A DNA stretch of 64,000 bases from an uncultured Pseudomonadota bacterium (GTDB lineage: Bacteria > Oederibacteriota > Muellerivitia > Muellerivitales > Muellerivitaceae), in the NCBI GenBank assembly GCA_963770835.1, contig CAVYRH010000026.1, positions 736,001 to 800,000 on the forward strand, read 5' to 3'. Below, piece by piece: positions 1 through 9,342 of the stretch. Every line of letters starts with the position of its first letter. The stretch's first letter is position 1. The notes under the pieces are model-generated. The model made no database searches and had not been told where the DNA came from. It worked only from the letters and a program-made list of their open reading frames with translations. A program made the translations under genes and the position numbers.

Positions 1-553
1 TGGGGGCCAGGCTCATCAAGCCGGGTTTGACGATGGAGCGCATCCAGCCGGGATGGAGGAAAAGGGCCATGAGGAAAACACCCAGCATGATCCCCAGTAG
101 GATGGCTGTCGCGGGGCCCTGCTTGCCGGTGTTGGTCATCAGGTCCAGGACCCCCACGCAGGCCAAAAGACCCAGGGACAGCAGGTCGTAAACCTTGTCC
201 GCCACGTGGACGGAAAGTGCCGAGGGAAGGGAAAGCTTGGCCCAGCGGCTTAAGCCCAGGACCCGGACGATATCGCCCAGTTTGGAGGGGGTCAAGGTGG
301 AAAGGGGCTGGCCTGAGAGGTAGACATCGGCTGCATCCCGGAAGGAAAGGCGGGAATCCAGCCGATTAACCAAGACCTGGAACCGCAAGGCCTTGAAGGC
401 GGCTTCCGGCAGGATAAACAGGAAAGCGGCCGCCAGCCATCCCCATTTGACTCCCGCCAGGACATCCAAAGCGGCGTGGATATCGATCTTGCGGAGGATC
501 AGTATGTAGAGGATCAATCCCAGCAGGACAGCCAGCGGTTTTAGCCGTTTCAT
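1..553 (-). CDS. Lysylphosphatidylglycerol synthase TM / flippase-like membrane protein (UPF0104-like); continues off the left edge
   Basis: Hand translation from ATG at 553: MKRLKPLAVLLGLILYILILRKIDI...KALRFQVLV...STLTPSKLGDIVRV...ADKVYDLL. The TPxxxGD and DR/DK motifs with multiple TM segments fit this family. Not in the ORF track because it is truncated by the window. Confidence 0.75.
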   Translation of the reverse strand, partial: MKRLKPLAVLLGLILYILILRKIDIHAALDVLAGVKWGWLAAAFLFILPEAAFKALRFQVLVNRLDSRLSFRDAADVYLSGQPLSTLTPSKLGDIVRVLGLSRWAKLSLPSALSVHVADKVYDLLSLGLLACVGVLDLMTNTGKQGPATAILLGIMLGVFLMALFLHPGWMRSIVKPGLMSLAP

Positions 554-569
554 GAGAGACTTGGTCCTT

Positions 570-1172
570 TTAACTCTTTTTTTGGGCGATCAGGAACACG
601 GCGATACGGAAGAGGCCGAAGAAACTCATGACCTTCCGGATCAGGTTGGTCAGCCCGCCTTGGGGAATGTTGTAAAGCTCCGGCATGAAAAACATGATAG
701 GCTCGTCCGTTTCCAAACAGGCCACGGAAAACTCCTTGAACAGTTCGGCGAAGCTGGCCTTGCTGTGGGGCCGCAAGTGGGTGGGGTCGTCCCAGAAATT
801 GGTGCCGATGGGAAGGAAGCTGCAAACCCAGTGGGGGGCCTCCACGAAAACCAGGCCGCCTTTTTTCAGCACCCGGCGAAGCTCCGCCACGGCCCGGCGG
901 GGGTCGGGCAGGTGCTCAATCAGGTGGAAACAGACGATGGCGTCGAAGCTGCCATCCTTGAACTTGAGGTGGTTCACGTCCCCTGGGACGAAGGCGACCC
1001 CCTTGGGGACCTGCTTCTTAAAGGAGGGATCGATGTCCAAACCGGTCATCTTCAAATCCGGGCGCAGGGAAAGGGCGTAGCGGGAATTGTGGCCCGTGCC
1101 GCAGCCGGCGTCGAGGACCTTGGCCTTGGGCGGAAGGGAACGGAGGTGTTTTTCAAACAGGGCCTTGTTCAT
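570..1172 (-). CDS. Class I SAM-dependent methyltransferase
   Basis: VLDAGCGTG motif I, FDAIV...HLIEHL, LKKGG motif. Confidence 0.85.
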   Translation of the reverse strand: MNKALFEKHLRSLPPKAKVLDAGCGTGHNSRYALSLRPDLKMTGLDIDPSFKKQVPKGVAFVPGDVNHLKFKDGSFDAIVCFHLIEHLPDPRRAVAELRRVLKKGGLVFVEAPHWVCSFLPIGTNFWDDPTHLRPHSKASFAELFKEFSVACLETDEPIMFFMPELYNIPQGGLTNLIRKVMSFFGLFRIAVFLIAQKKS

Positions 1173-1344
1173 ACCGCCTGTGAGGATAGCAAAAACAGGG
1201 GTTTTGTTCAGCTTTTTGATCGACAGGCGGCCCCTGAAATGACGGGGGTTAAACGCCGAAAATGTTAAATCTGGATCGGCCCTTTGAATTTAGGGGCCCC
1301 CTTTTGCCAGAATGCTTTCGGCTTTAAAACGAAGGAGGCGGGTT

Positions 1345-2385
1345 ATGGCGAAAATGAAATTGAAGGCGCGGATGAAAACGAACGGGAAGAAGGCCCCGGC
1401 GGCCCAGGTAAAAAAGGCGGCCAAGCCCCAGCCGGACTTCCACTATTACATTCACATCGCCACGACCCCCGAGAAGCTTTGGGAAGCCCTGACGGACAAC
1501 CGGTTCATTCCCCAGTACTTTTTCGGGTATGCCATCCAAAGCGACTGGAAAGTGGGGTCGTCCCTCAGCTTCGTCACGTCCGAGGGGTCGGGGTCCGATT
1601 ACGGGAAAATCACCCTGTGTGAACCCCCAAAGGTGCTGGCCTACACCTTCCAGTGGACTGGCGACAAGTTGAAACGCTCCAAACCGACGGAAGTGAAGTT
1701 CGAGATCCTCCCCATGCTGGGCGGGGTCAAGCTCATGCTGACCCACACCAACCTGCTGGAAGGCGATACAATTGAAAACTCCTTCACCCTGGGCGGGTTG
1801 AACAACGGCTGGCCGGCCATTTTGTCCAACTTGAAGAGCCTCTTGGAAACCGGAAAAACCATCCTGGACATGTCCCAAATGGGCCCGGAGGGCCGCCTAA
1901 AACTTCCCAAAAGCGCCGGAGGCTACATGGACCTCACGACCGAGCCTCAAACCGTGAAGTGGCCGGCTACCCACTATGTTTTCACCGAGAAAGTGGGGCC
2001 TTTCATGGAAACGGCCAAACAGGCCTGGGATGAATTGCACCTGAAGGTTCCGGCCATCCTGGAACACAACAAGATCACGGGATACATGGCCCTCTATAAG
2101 TTCAAGCCGGATACCTACCGGGCCGGCGTGGCAGTGGCTTCGAAACCCAAAAACCTGCCGGAAGGATTCGTTTACGAAAAATTCAAGGGCGGAAAATATG
2201 CCAAGTTCATCCTGACCGGGCCCTATTCGGAACTGCCCGAGGCCTGCGGCTACGTCTTTGATAAGTTTTTGCCTGAGAAAAAAATAAAAATGCGGAACGC
2301 CTGGTGCGTCGAGAATTACACGAACGACCCGAGTAAAACCGCAGAGAAGGACCTTGTCACCGAGATATTGATACCGGTCGCTTAA
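1345..2385 (+). CDS. SRPBCC (AHSA1/START-like) domain joined to a GyrI-like small-molecule-binding domain; possibly two genes
   Basis: N-half TPEKLWEALT...GWPAILSNLKSLLETG. C-half GPF..AW...GGKYAKF...GPYSEL...ENYTNDP..TEILIPV. AAGGAGG precedes ATG 1345, and a second GGAGG precedes in-frame ATG 1927. Confidence 0.75.
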   Translation: MAKMKLKARMKTNGKKAPAAQVKKAAKPQPDFHYYIHIATTPEKLWEALTDNRFIPQYFFGYAIQSDWKVGSSLSFVTSEGSGSDYGKITLCEPPKVLAYTFQWTGDKLKRSKPTEVKFEILPMLGGVKLMLTHTNLLEGDTIENSFTLGGLNNGWPAILSNLKSLLETGKTILDMSQMGPEGRLKLPKSAGGYMDLTTEPQTVKWPATHYVFTEKVGPFMETAKQAWDELHLKVPAILEHNKITGYMALYKFKPDTYRAGVAVASKPKNLPEGFVYEKFKGGKYAKFILTGPYSELPEACGYVFDKFLPEKKIKMRNAWCVENYTNDPSKTAEKDLVTEILIPVA

Positions 2386-2392
2386 GGAAACC

Positions 2393-3061
2393 ATGTCAAA
2401 CGAAGAATGGTCCGCCGTTGACGGCTACATCAATCAACATCTCCTTTCGGAGGACCCGGTCCTGGAAGCGGCCTTGAAGTCCAGCGGGGCGGCGGGGCTG
2501 GACCCCATCAACGTCGCGCCAAACCAGGGAAAGTTCCTCCATCTCCTGGCGAAGATAGGGGGGGCCAAGAACATCCTGGAGATCGGGACCTTGGGGGGCT
2601 ATAGCACCCTTTGGCTGGCGAAAGCCCTGCCCCCCGGCGGCCGGCTGGTGACCCTGGAGATCGATCCGAAGGCCGCCCAATGCGCCCGCGCCAATTTCGC
2701 CAGGGCGGGGTTTGAAAATCGGATCGAGTTGAGGCTGGGGCCCGCCTTGAATTCCCTGGAAAAACTAGTGGAAGAGAAGGCCACCCCCTTCGACCTTATC
2801 TTCATCGATGCCGATAAGCCCACCTATCCCGAGTACCTGAGCTGGTCCCTGAAACTATCCCGGGTGGGAACCGTGATCGTCCTGGATAACATGGTGCGCA
2901 AGGGGGAAGTGGTCACCGCGGCCGAAGACGACCCGAGGGTTGTAGGGGCCCGGCGGACCTATGAGTTGATCTCCAAGGAGCCCCGGTTGAGCGCCACAGG
3001 CCTCCAAACGGTGGGGGTCAAGGGCCACGACGGGTTCGTGATGGCCTTGGTTATTGCCTGA
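2393..3061 (+). CDS. O-methyltransferase (COMT/CCoAOMT-like, Methyltransf_3)
   Basis: ILEIGTLGGYS, FDLIFIDADK, GTVIVLDN, KGHDGF motifs. Confidence 0.9.
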   Translation: MSNEEWSAVDGYINQHLLSEDPVLEAALKSSGAAGLDPINVAPNQGKFLHLLAKIGGAKNILEIGTLGGYSTLWLAKALPPGGRLVTLEIDPKAAQCARANFARAGFENRIELRLGPALNSLEKLVEEKATPFDLIFIDADKPTYPEYLSWSLKLSRVGTVIVLDNMVRKGEVVTAAEDDPRVVGARRTYELISKEPRLSATGLQTVGVKGHDGFVMALVIA

Positions 3062-3146
3062 AAAGGGTTATGTAAGCAAAGTCCGGTAGGCCATCGCCGG
3101 CTCCACCGAAAGTTAGGTCCTTCCAATAGAAATGGCCTTTTCCGGG

Positions 3147-3695
3147 TCAAACCGTTTCGTAGGCTTTCTTCAACCAGGCCAAGATTTCCGCGTCGATCTG
3201 CCAGGGGTCACTGATCTTCACCCGATGGGTCACCATGGCGTTCCAGGAACCGGAGGCCTCCAGCCGCCCCGACGCCTTCAACCCCTTCAGCTTGATCCCG
3301 ATATCAAAGCGGTCCGCTGAGGAGGGTTGGAGGATGCCGAACTTCTTCCTGCCCCGGTTCAAGTTGATATAAGTCTCGTTGGGCTTGATCTCAACGTCCT
3401 TGCCGAGCTTGGCGATCTTCGCGGCCAGCCCATCGTAGGCTTTCCGCCAGTGGGCCTTCTTGCCCGAAAACAATTTCGAGAGATGGTCCTGGGGGCTGGC
3501 CTTGGCCTCCCCGTGGTGCAGGATCAAATGGGCGATCAGGTGGGCATGGCCGTAGCCCAGGCCGAATTCCCCCTTGAGCCAGGCCATGATCCCCGCGCGG
3601 TCGGCCAAGCCCTTTTTGCCGGCGAGCACCCGGAAATCCTCCGGGGTCTTTCCGGTCTTCGACTTGATGTTATCCAAGTAAGCTTGAAAGGACAT
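3147..3695 (-). CDS. DUF4287/DUF5655-type conserved protein
   Basis: MSFQAYLDNI..KTGK..WLK.EFGLGYGHA start and TH.V.I..ID.E...WLK.AY end. Confidence 0.7.
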   Translation of the reverse strand: MSFQAYLDNIKSKTGKTPEDFRVLAGKKGLADRAGIMAWLKGEFGLGYGHAHLIAHLILHHGEAKASPQDHLSKLFSGKKAHWRKAYDGLAAKIAKLGKDVEIKPNETYINLNRGRKKFGILQPSSADRFDIGIKLKGLKASGRLEASGSWNAMVTHRVKISDPWQIDAEILAWLKKAYETV

Positions 3696-3704
3696 GGCGG
3701 CCTC

Positions 3705-4097
3705 CTATTTCCGGACCGGCATGAGCTGCCTCAACCGGTCTTCCCTCAAGTACAGCCCCAGCCAAACCAGCACCCCGAAAACGACCGGGAAGAGGAAAGG
3801 GTGGCCGGGGGCGGCCATCCGCACCATGGAATCGACAGCGCCCCCCAGCCAACCCGTCAACAGAACGGCCCCGAGGATGGACGTTTTAGGAATGGCATAG
3901 AGCAGGGTGCAGAGAAGCACGGTGATGTCCAGCGGAACCGTAACATCGGGCTGGTATCCCCCCTGGGACATGGCCTGCATGACGTGGCTTTCCTGCATCA
4001 CTTTGGTCCCACCGTCGAAAATCAGGAACAGAACGCAAATGGTACTAATGACACGGCCCGTCCAGAGAGCCCCCTTCGAATTTGCATTTGATTGCAT
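3705..4097 (-). CDS. DoxX family membrane protein
   Basis: Four TM segments; PKTSILGAVLLTGWLGGA motif. Confidence 0.8.
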   Translation of the reverse strand: MQSNANSKGALWTGRVISTICVLFLIFDGGTKVMQESHVMQAMSQGGYQPDVTVPLDITVLLCTLLYAIPKTSILGAVLLTGWLGGAVDSMVRMAAPGHPFLFPVVFGVLVWLGLYLREDRLRQLMPVRK

Positions 4098-4133
4098 GAC
4101 TTTCTCCTCATTTGTTTTTAGCTTCTATTCATA

Positions 4134-4161
4134 CGACGAAGGAGGGGGACGGGAATCGACA
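4134..4161 (-). promoter_or_regulatory. Putative ECF42-type promoter TGTCGA-N17-CGTCG upstream of the DoxX gene
   Basis: Minus strand reads TGTCGA ttcccgtccccctcctt CGTCG tatg; same geometry as three other sites in this region. Confidence 0.65.
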
Positions 4162-4228
4162 GGGTGGAGGCTTTTTTCGGATGTCCTAGGGCCTCAAAAT
4201 AAAGGGGATTTAGAGGGCTGAAGCCGGG

Positions 4229-5647
4229 TCATTCTTTGGCGAGGGGCTCGTCGGGCCCCATTTCCAGGGAGTTTTCCACAAAGGTTTGAGGCTCCGCCGT
4301 TTCGCGGTAACTGTGCAGGTACAGGGCCCCGCCCGCCACCAAAACAATCGAGAACAGGAAAAAAATATTGCTGTAAGCGTGGCCCTTGGGGGATGTGAAA
4401 ATCGGGAAAAACGCGAACTCCAGCCACTTGCCATCGAGGATCTTTCCCACCAGGGCGGTCCCCACGGCGCCGGAAATGATGCCGATTAGGTTGAAGACCC
4501 CCATCCCCACGCCGGTTTCGTGATCCGCCAGCGTTTGGGACACGCTGTTAATCATGGCGGTTTGGAAGAGCGTAAAGCCGACATAGATCAACAACATGGT
4601 GAAAACAATAAAGAGGGGGGGCAGGGCCAGCAGCAAGGACATTGCGATCATGCCGGCCATCATCAAGACCAAACCGATAGACACCACGAAGCTGTTACCC
4701 TTGCGGTCGGCCAGGGTTCCGGCGATACGCCCGAAGAACACTGAACTGATGGCTCCCGGGAACAGAATCAGGCCGATTTGGCTGGTGGTCAACCCGTGGA
4801 TCTCATGGAGCATCAGGGGAACGAGGAACATGACTCCCAAGACAGCCGAGAAAAGGGTGAAGCCTACGATGACGCCGTCGCGAAACTTGGTGTTCCTGAA
4901 TAGGCCCGGCTTGATAAAGGGTTCCTCGACCGCGTGGATGCGCCAGATGAACAAGGCCAGGAAACAAGCGAAAGCCGAAAGGTAGTACCACTGGCTGAAG
5001 TTCAGGTAAATAACGAGGGTGCCGACCGTGAGCGCCACCAGGACGGCCCCGGGGATATCCACCTTTCCTTCCCGGCGCGGCTCCTCGGGCAGCTCCCTCA
5101 GGAAAGCCGGAATCGAAACCAGGGTCAGAAGAGGGATCAGGAAAAGATAGGACCAATGCAGCGAACCCGAGACAAAGCCGCCCAGGACCGGGCCCAGCCC
5201 GATGCCGAAGGAAACGGTGGAGGTGATGGTGCCGAAGACCTTGCCCCTTTCGGAGACCGGGAAGTAACGGGCAATGGCCGCGAAGACCAGGGCGGGAATG
5301 GCGGAGGCCCCGATGCCCTGGATGGACCGGGACAGGATGACCAGGGGATAGGAAAACCTCAGGAGGAAACCCATCAGGGAACCGACGTTGTAGACCACCG
5401 TCCCGATGATAATCAAGCGCTTCAAGCTGTAGATGTCCGAAAGGTTCCCGAAAATGACCGAGCCGATCCCGAAGAGCACCATGAAGATCGTCATCATCCA
5501 GCTGACGCCCGAGGGCCCCAGGCCGAATTGCTCGGCGATCTTGGGTGTGGAAACGTTGAAGACCGTTTCGTTCACGACCGTGAAGAAAATCAAGTAGTTG
5601 ATCCAGGGGACCAGCTTTTTAGGGTTGAAAGTTTGCCCGGTACTCAA
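4229..5647 (-). CDS. MFS drug:H+ antiporter, Tet(K)/Tet(L)-like 14-TMS
   Basis: VNETVFNVSTPKIA, GNLSDIYS motif A, ~14 hydrophobic segments. Start placed at TTG 5647 after AAAGGA, since the longer ORF-track start overlaps the upstream gene. Confidence 0.8.
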   Translation of the reverse strand: MSTGQTFNPKKLVPWINYLIFFTVVNETVFNVSTPKIAEQFGLGPSGVSWMMTIFMVLFGIGSVIFGNLSDIYSLKRLIIIGTVVYNVGSLMGFLLRFSYPLVILSRSIQGIGASAIPALVFAAIARYFPVSERGKVFGTITSTVSFGIGLGPVLGGFVSGSLHWSYLFLIPLLTLVSIPAFLRELPEEPRREGKVDIPGAVLVALTVGTLVIYLNFSQWYYLSAFACFLALFIWRIHAVEEPFIKPGLFRNTKFRDGVIVGFTLFSAVLGVMFLVPLMLHEIHGLTTSQIGLILFPGAISSVFFGRIAGTLADRKGNSFVVSIGLVLMMAGMIAMSLLLALPPLFIVFTMLLIYVGFTLFQTAMINSVSQTLADHETGVGMGVFNLIGIISGAVGTALVGKILDGKWLEFAFFPIFTSPKGHAYSNIFFLFSIVLVAGGALYLHSYRETAEPQTFVENSLEMGPDEPLAKE

Positions 5648-5753
5648 GGATCGTCCTTTTAGGGTAGTGAAATTTACAGGTTTCGGCGATTCGTTTTCAA
5701 GATGGGCGAAGAGCTTAATTTCTATCCGGGAGGAAGCCCGCTCCCTTATCCCC

Positions 5754-7028
5754 CTACGCCAAGGCTCCGGGGGGCAGGGCGGCGGCGCGCTTGAGGAGCA
5801 TCCGCTTTTCGCTTTCATTCTGGGTAAGGCCGGCCGCACGCTCCATCTCGGCCCTTGCCTCGTCGAAACGGCCCAGCTTGGCCAAAAAGTCGCCACGCAC
5901 GCTGGGTAGGAGATGGTAATTCTTAAGCGTGGGCTCGGCGGAGAGCTTGTCGATAAGCTCCAGCCCCACGGCGGGCCCGAAGGCCATGGAAAGCGCCACG
6001 GCCCGGTTCAATTCGACAATGGGGGAGGGAGTCAGCCGGGCCAACTCATCGTAAAGGGTGGCGATCCGCTTCCAGTCCGTTTCCTCGGCCGCTTTCGCCC
6101 GGGCGTGGCAGGCGGCGATGGAGGCCTGCAAAACGTAGGAACTTTTTGGGCGGCCCAGGGCTTCAGCCCGCTCCAGGGCGGCCAGCCCCCGGCGGATGAG
6201 CAGGTGGTCCCAGCGCGAGCGGTTCTGGTCGAGAAGCAGGATGGGTTCTCCCCCGGGGCCCACGCGTGCCCCCAAACGGGAGGCTTGGATTTCCATGAGG
6301 GCCACCAGGCCGTGGACCTCGGGCTCCAGGGGCGCCAACTCCGCCAGGATGCGGCCCAGGCGAAGGGCGTCCTCGCAAAGTCCCGGCCTTACCCAGTCGG
6401 TCCCGGCGGTGGCCGAATAGCCTTCGTTGAAGATGAGGTAGAGAACCTCCAGCACCGAGGAAAGGCGTCCCGCCAACTCCTCACCCCGGGGAACCTCGAA
6501 GGGGACATTGGCCTCGGCCAGGGCTTTTTTGGCCCGTACGATGCGCTGGGCCACGGTGGGTTCCGGCACCAGGAAGGCCCGGGCGATCTCCTGGGTGGTC
6601 AGGCCCCCCAAAAGCCGCAGGGTCAGCGCCACGCGGCCCTCGGGGGGAAGGACAGGGTGGCAGGAGATGAAGACCAGGCGCAGCATGTCGTCGCCGATGT
6701 TGTCGTCCATCTCCTCGCCGAATTCCTTCCAGGTCCTTTCCATGCGCTCATCCATCGCCCGGCCCAGCTCGTTGTGCTTGCGCTCCAGCATCGATTTGCG
6801 GCGCAGTAGGTCCAGGGCCTTATTCTTGGCAGTGGTCATCAGCCAGGCGCCCGGTTTTTCCGGGATGCCCGCCTGGGGCCACTTCTCCAGCGCGGCCACC
6901 AGGGCCTCCTGGGCGAAATCCTCCGCCAGGCCCACGTCCCGCACCATGCGGGTGAGGGCGGCGATGATCCTGGCCGATTCGATGCGCCAGACGGCCTCGA
7001 TGGCCTTATAGGTGTTGGAATCCGTCAA
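5754..7028 (-). CDS. ECF sigma-70 factor with C-terminal TPR-like extension (ECF42-like)
   Basis: LAEDFAQEA..WP..P.AWL region 2; LRLVFISCHPVL; YLIFNEGY; LLDQNRSRWD; PSPIVELNRAVA. TTG start after GGAGG; adjacent to YciI/DGPF genes. Confidence 0.9.
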   Translation of the reverse strand: MTDSNTYKAIEAVWRIESARIIAALTRMVRDVGLAEDFAQEALVAALEKWPQAGIPEKPGAWLMTTAKNKALDLLRRKSMLERKHNELGRAMDERMERTWKEFGEEMDDNIGDDMLRLVFISCHPVLPPEGRVALTLRLLGGLTTQEIARAFLVPEPTVAQRIVRAKKALAEANVPFEVPRGEELAGRLSSVLEVLYLIFNEGYSATAGTDWVRPGLCEDALRLGRILAELAPLEPEVHGLVALMEIQASRLGARVGPGGEPILLLDQNRSRWDHLLIRRGLAALERAEALGRPKSSYVLQASIAACHARAKAAEETDWKRIATLYDELARLTPSPIVELNRAVALSMAFGPAVGLELIDKLSAEPTLKNYHLLPSVRGDFLAKLGRFDEARAEMERAAGLTQNESEKRMLLKRAAALPPGALA

Positions 7029-7081
7029 CTCAGCCGGTCCTCCGGTGATGTTACAATTTGAATTGGACGACCTAAAGGCAC

Positions 7082-7166
7082 CCCTCACCCTACCCTCTCC
7101 CCCAAGGGGCGAGGGTTTTTAGTGGTATTTCTCCCTCTCCCTTGAGGGGAGAGGGCAGGGTGAGGG
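7082..7166. repeat. REP-like inverted doublet CCCTCACCCT.CCCTCTCCC...GGGAGAGGG.AGGGTGAGGG
   Basis: Long inverted repeat read directly. Weak outer inverted pair at 7044-7063 / 7183-7202 (13 of 20 nt match). Confidence 0.8.
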
Positions 7167-7213
7167 TGGAGTAACAATTTATTTTCAAACTGAGACACTG
7201 CCCGTCCTCCTGT

Positions 7214-7615
7214 TTATTTCATGCCCGGAATTTTCTTGGCCGCTTCCTGGATCTCGGGCGGGAAGTCGGTCATTTCGTGGATCTGCCGGACCTCGACCGT
7301 CTCCTCACCCAGGAAGGGAACGCGTGAAGCCCACTCGACGGCTTCCTCTTTCGATTTGACCTGGATGATCCAATAACCGCCGATGGATTCCTTAGCCTCA
7401 GTGAAGGGGCCATCGGCCACCGTGGGCTTTCCGCCCTTATAAGAAACGCGGGTTCCCGCGGAGGGGGGATGGAGGCCGTTGAGCTCCAGGAGCACCCCGG
7501 CTTTTTGCAAACTCTCGTTGTACTTCATCATCAATTCCATCTGCTTGGGGTCCGGCATGGCGTCCGGAGCGGCCTTCCCGTAATTGGGCGGTATCACCAG
7601 CATCATGAATTTCAT
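7214..7615 (-). CDS. YciI/DGPF family protein
   Basis: DGPFTEAKESIGGYW...EEAVEWA...VEVRQI. Confidence 0.9.
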   Translation of the reverse strand: MKFMMLVIPPNYGKAAPDAMPDPKQMELMMKYNESLQKAGVLLELNGLHPPSAGTRVSYKGGKPTVADGPFTEAKESIGGYWIIQVKSKEEAVEWASRVPFLGEETVEVRQIHEMTDFPPEIQEAAKKIPGMK

Positions 7616-7618
7616 TTT

Positions 7619-7674
7619 CTGCCTCCTTGTTGTTTTAGGGTGCGTATGGCCGGGCTTTGCCGCCCGGCCGGGTT
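7619..7674 (-). repeat. Copy 1 of a duplicated intergenic spacer (hairpin + RBS)
   Basis: Aligns over its whole length with 8157-8220. Confidence 0.75.
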
Positions 7675-7685
7675 GGATCAGCTCT

Positions 7686-8156
7686 TCAGTTGGGTTTTAC
7701 ATACTTCAGATCGAAGTCGCGCTCCCAAGTTTCACCGTCCGCCGACTTCTCCCAATGCGCCTCGACTTCGCGGCCATCGGCGCTGATACGCCCCTCGAAC
7801 CGCTGATTGAACCCTGGCGCGTTCCTCCAAATCCGCCAGATACGGTTTTCGAGGCTCATTTGATAAACTCGCGAAACGCCGCGTTTGTCCGCGTAGAGGA
7901 TCGAGTACTCTCCCGAAGTCTCGTCGCGTCCCATAAGCCAGCGGGCATCCGGAAGGCCGTCGGCACCCTCCTGGTATTGGACGAGGAAGTGTCCATCCTC
8001 AATCCATTCGAAGCTCGTGGTCCCCTGGATTGTGGCGGGACCACCGACCAGCTTGTGGGTCTTCGGCGACCAACGAATCTCCACGTCCCACCGGCCGGAA
8101 AACATCTCGAGCGGTTTGAGGGAGTGGTTCGATACCATTATTTTCTTTGCGCCCAT
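7686..8156 (-). CDS. Conserved hypothetical protein (DUF1579-like beta-rich)
   Basis: GxW...FEW..G.FL...Y.D.RGVSRVY...RFEG..S.DG...WE.S.DG.TW..DF pattern; ATG 8156 after AAGGAGG. Confidence 0.65.
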   Translation of the reverse strand: MGAKKIMVSNHSLKPLEMFSGRWDVEIRWSPKTHKLVGGPATIQGTTSFEWIEDGHFLVQYQEGADGLPDARWLMGRDETSGEYSILYADKRGVSRVYQMSLENRIWRIWRNAPGFNQRFEGRISADGREVEAHWEKSADGETWERDFDLKYVKPN

Positions 8157-8220
8157 CTGCTCCTCCTTCAATGTTTTTAGCGGGTCCGTAAGGCCGGGTT
8201 TTCGCAAGCCCAGCCGGGTT
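8157..8220 (-). repeat. Copy 2 of the duplicated intergenic spacer (hairpin + RBS)
   Basis: Aligns with 7619-7674. Confidence 0.75.
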
Positions 8221-8223
8221 AAA

Positions 8224-8571
8224 TCAGCCCTTTAGCGCCGGTTGGGGGATCTCCCTCATCTCGGAAAAACCCTCGCCCGCGATTTCGATGAAGCGCTTGC
8301 CCCATTTCACAGCCTCTTCCTTCGACTTCACCTCGAAAATCGCGAAACCCGCGACGACTTCCTTGGCCTCGGTGTAGGGCCCGTCGGTGACGGTCACCTT
8401 GCCCTTGGAATTCGTGACCACGATGGCCGGGGCCTTCATGTCCCACCCGCCTGTATCCTGCAATACCCCCGCCTTCACCATTTCATCGATCAGCTTCCCC
8501 ATTTCGGCGTAATGTTCCGGTTTCGGGGGAGCGGCGGTCTTCACGGGGTGCCACAAAGCCATATAACGCAT
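8224..8571 (-). CDS. YciI/DGPF family protein
   Basis: TDGPYTEAKEVVAGF...SKEEAV. Confidence 0.9.
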   Translation of the reverse strand: MRYMALWHPVKTAAPPKPEHYAEMGKLIDEMVKAGVLQDTGGWDMKAPAIVVTNSKGKVTVTDGPYTEAKEVVAGFAIFEVKSKEEAVKWGKRFIEIAGEGFSEMREIPQPALKG

Positions 8572-8649
8572 GACCTGCCTCCTTCAATTTGGTTTCAGAG
8601 CGGGGTCCCCCCACCTTCTGACTAGGGGTTCGATCCGCCTCCATCTATA

Positions 8650-8677
8650 CAACGAACCAGGGTTGGTGAAATCGACA
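8650..8677 (-). promoter_or_regulatory. Putative ECF42-type promoter TGTCGA-N17-CGTTG upstream of the YciI-...-ECF operon
   Basis: Minus strand reads TGTCGA tttcaccaaccctggtt CGTTG tatag. Confidence 0.65.
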
Positions 8678-8899
8678 ATCCTCCAGGGAAAGAATTCGGA
8701 CCCGTTTTCAACAATTTTTCGCAGAATCGGGGCCTTTTATCAATAGTCCGGCACCAGCTTTTAGTGAATGGAAACCCACCCGTAAAAGCAAAAAAACCCG
8801 GCTTGTCCCCAAGCGGGCTTCTTTTTATACTCCCCCCATCCAAAGCACCGAACCGCTGTTTTCGCCAGGGTGGGAAAAACCGGAATCAAAGGGGCTGAA

Positions 8900-9325
8900 A
8901 TGATAACCTCCAAAACCATCCTCGTGGTGGAGGATGACACCCAGCTTCGACTGATCGTGAAAAAATCCCTGGAAATGTACGGTTATTCGGTGATCCCCGC
9001 CGAGGACTCCGTGGAGGCCAATGCGGTGGCCCGCATGCGGGGGGGCATCGTGGACCTTCTTATAGCGGATATCAACCTGCCCGGCTTGTCGGGCGGCGAA
9101 TACGCGGATTACCTGAAAGCCATCAATCCCAACTTGAAAATCATTTACATGTCCGGCGCCCCCGATGACATCCTGGTCCGCCATCACCTTAGGAGCAAGG
9201 CCGCGTCATTCCTCGCCAAGCCTTTCACCCCGCAGGAACTGGTCGTGGCGGTAAAGAAGGCCCTGGGGGAAATCCCCGACCTGCCCCCTGAAAAAGAAGC
9301 TAACCCTAAGACGGTGAATCCCTAA
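8900..9325 (+). CDS. Single-domain response regulator receiver
   Basis: ILVVEDD, DLLIADINLPG, IIYMSG, FLAKPF. Confidence 0.9.
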   Translation: MITSKTILVVEDDTQLRLIVKKSLEMYGYSVIPAEDSVEANAVARMRGGIVDLLIADINLPGLSGGEYADYLKAINPNLKIIYMSGAPDDILVRHHLRSKAASFLAKPFTPQELVVAVKKALGEIPDLPPEKEANPKTVNP

Positions 9326-9342
9326 TCCCCTCAACTTGACCC

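Noticed and set aside
1220..1225. Fifth TGTCGA ECF promoter
   Set aside because: No CGTC-like -10 box at 17-nt spacing.
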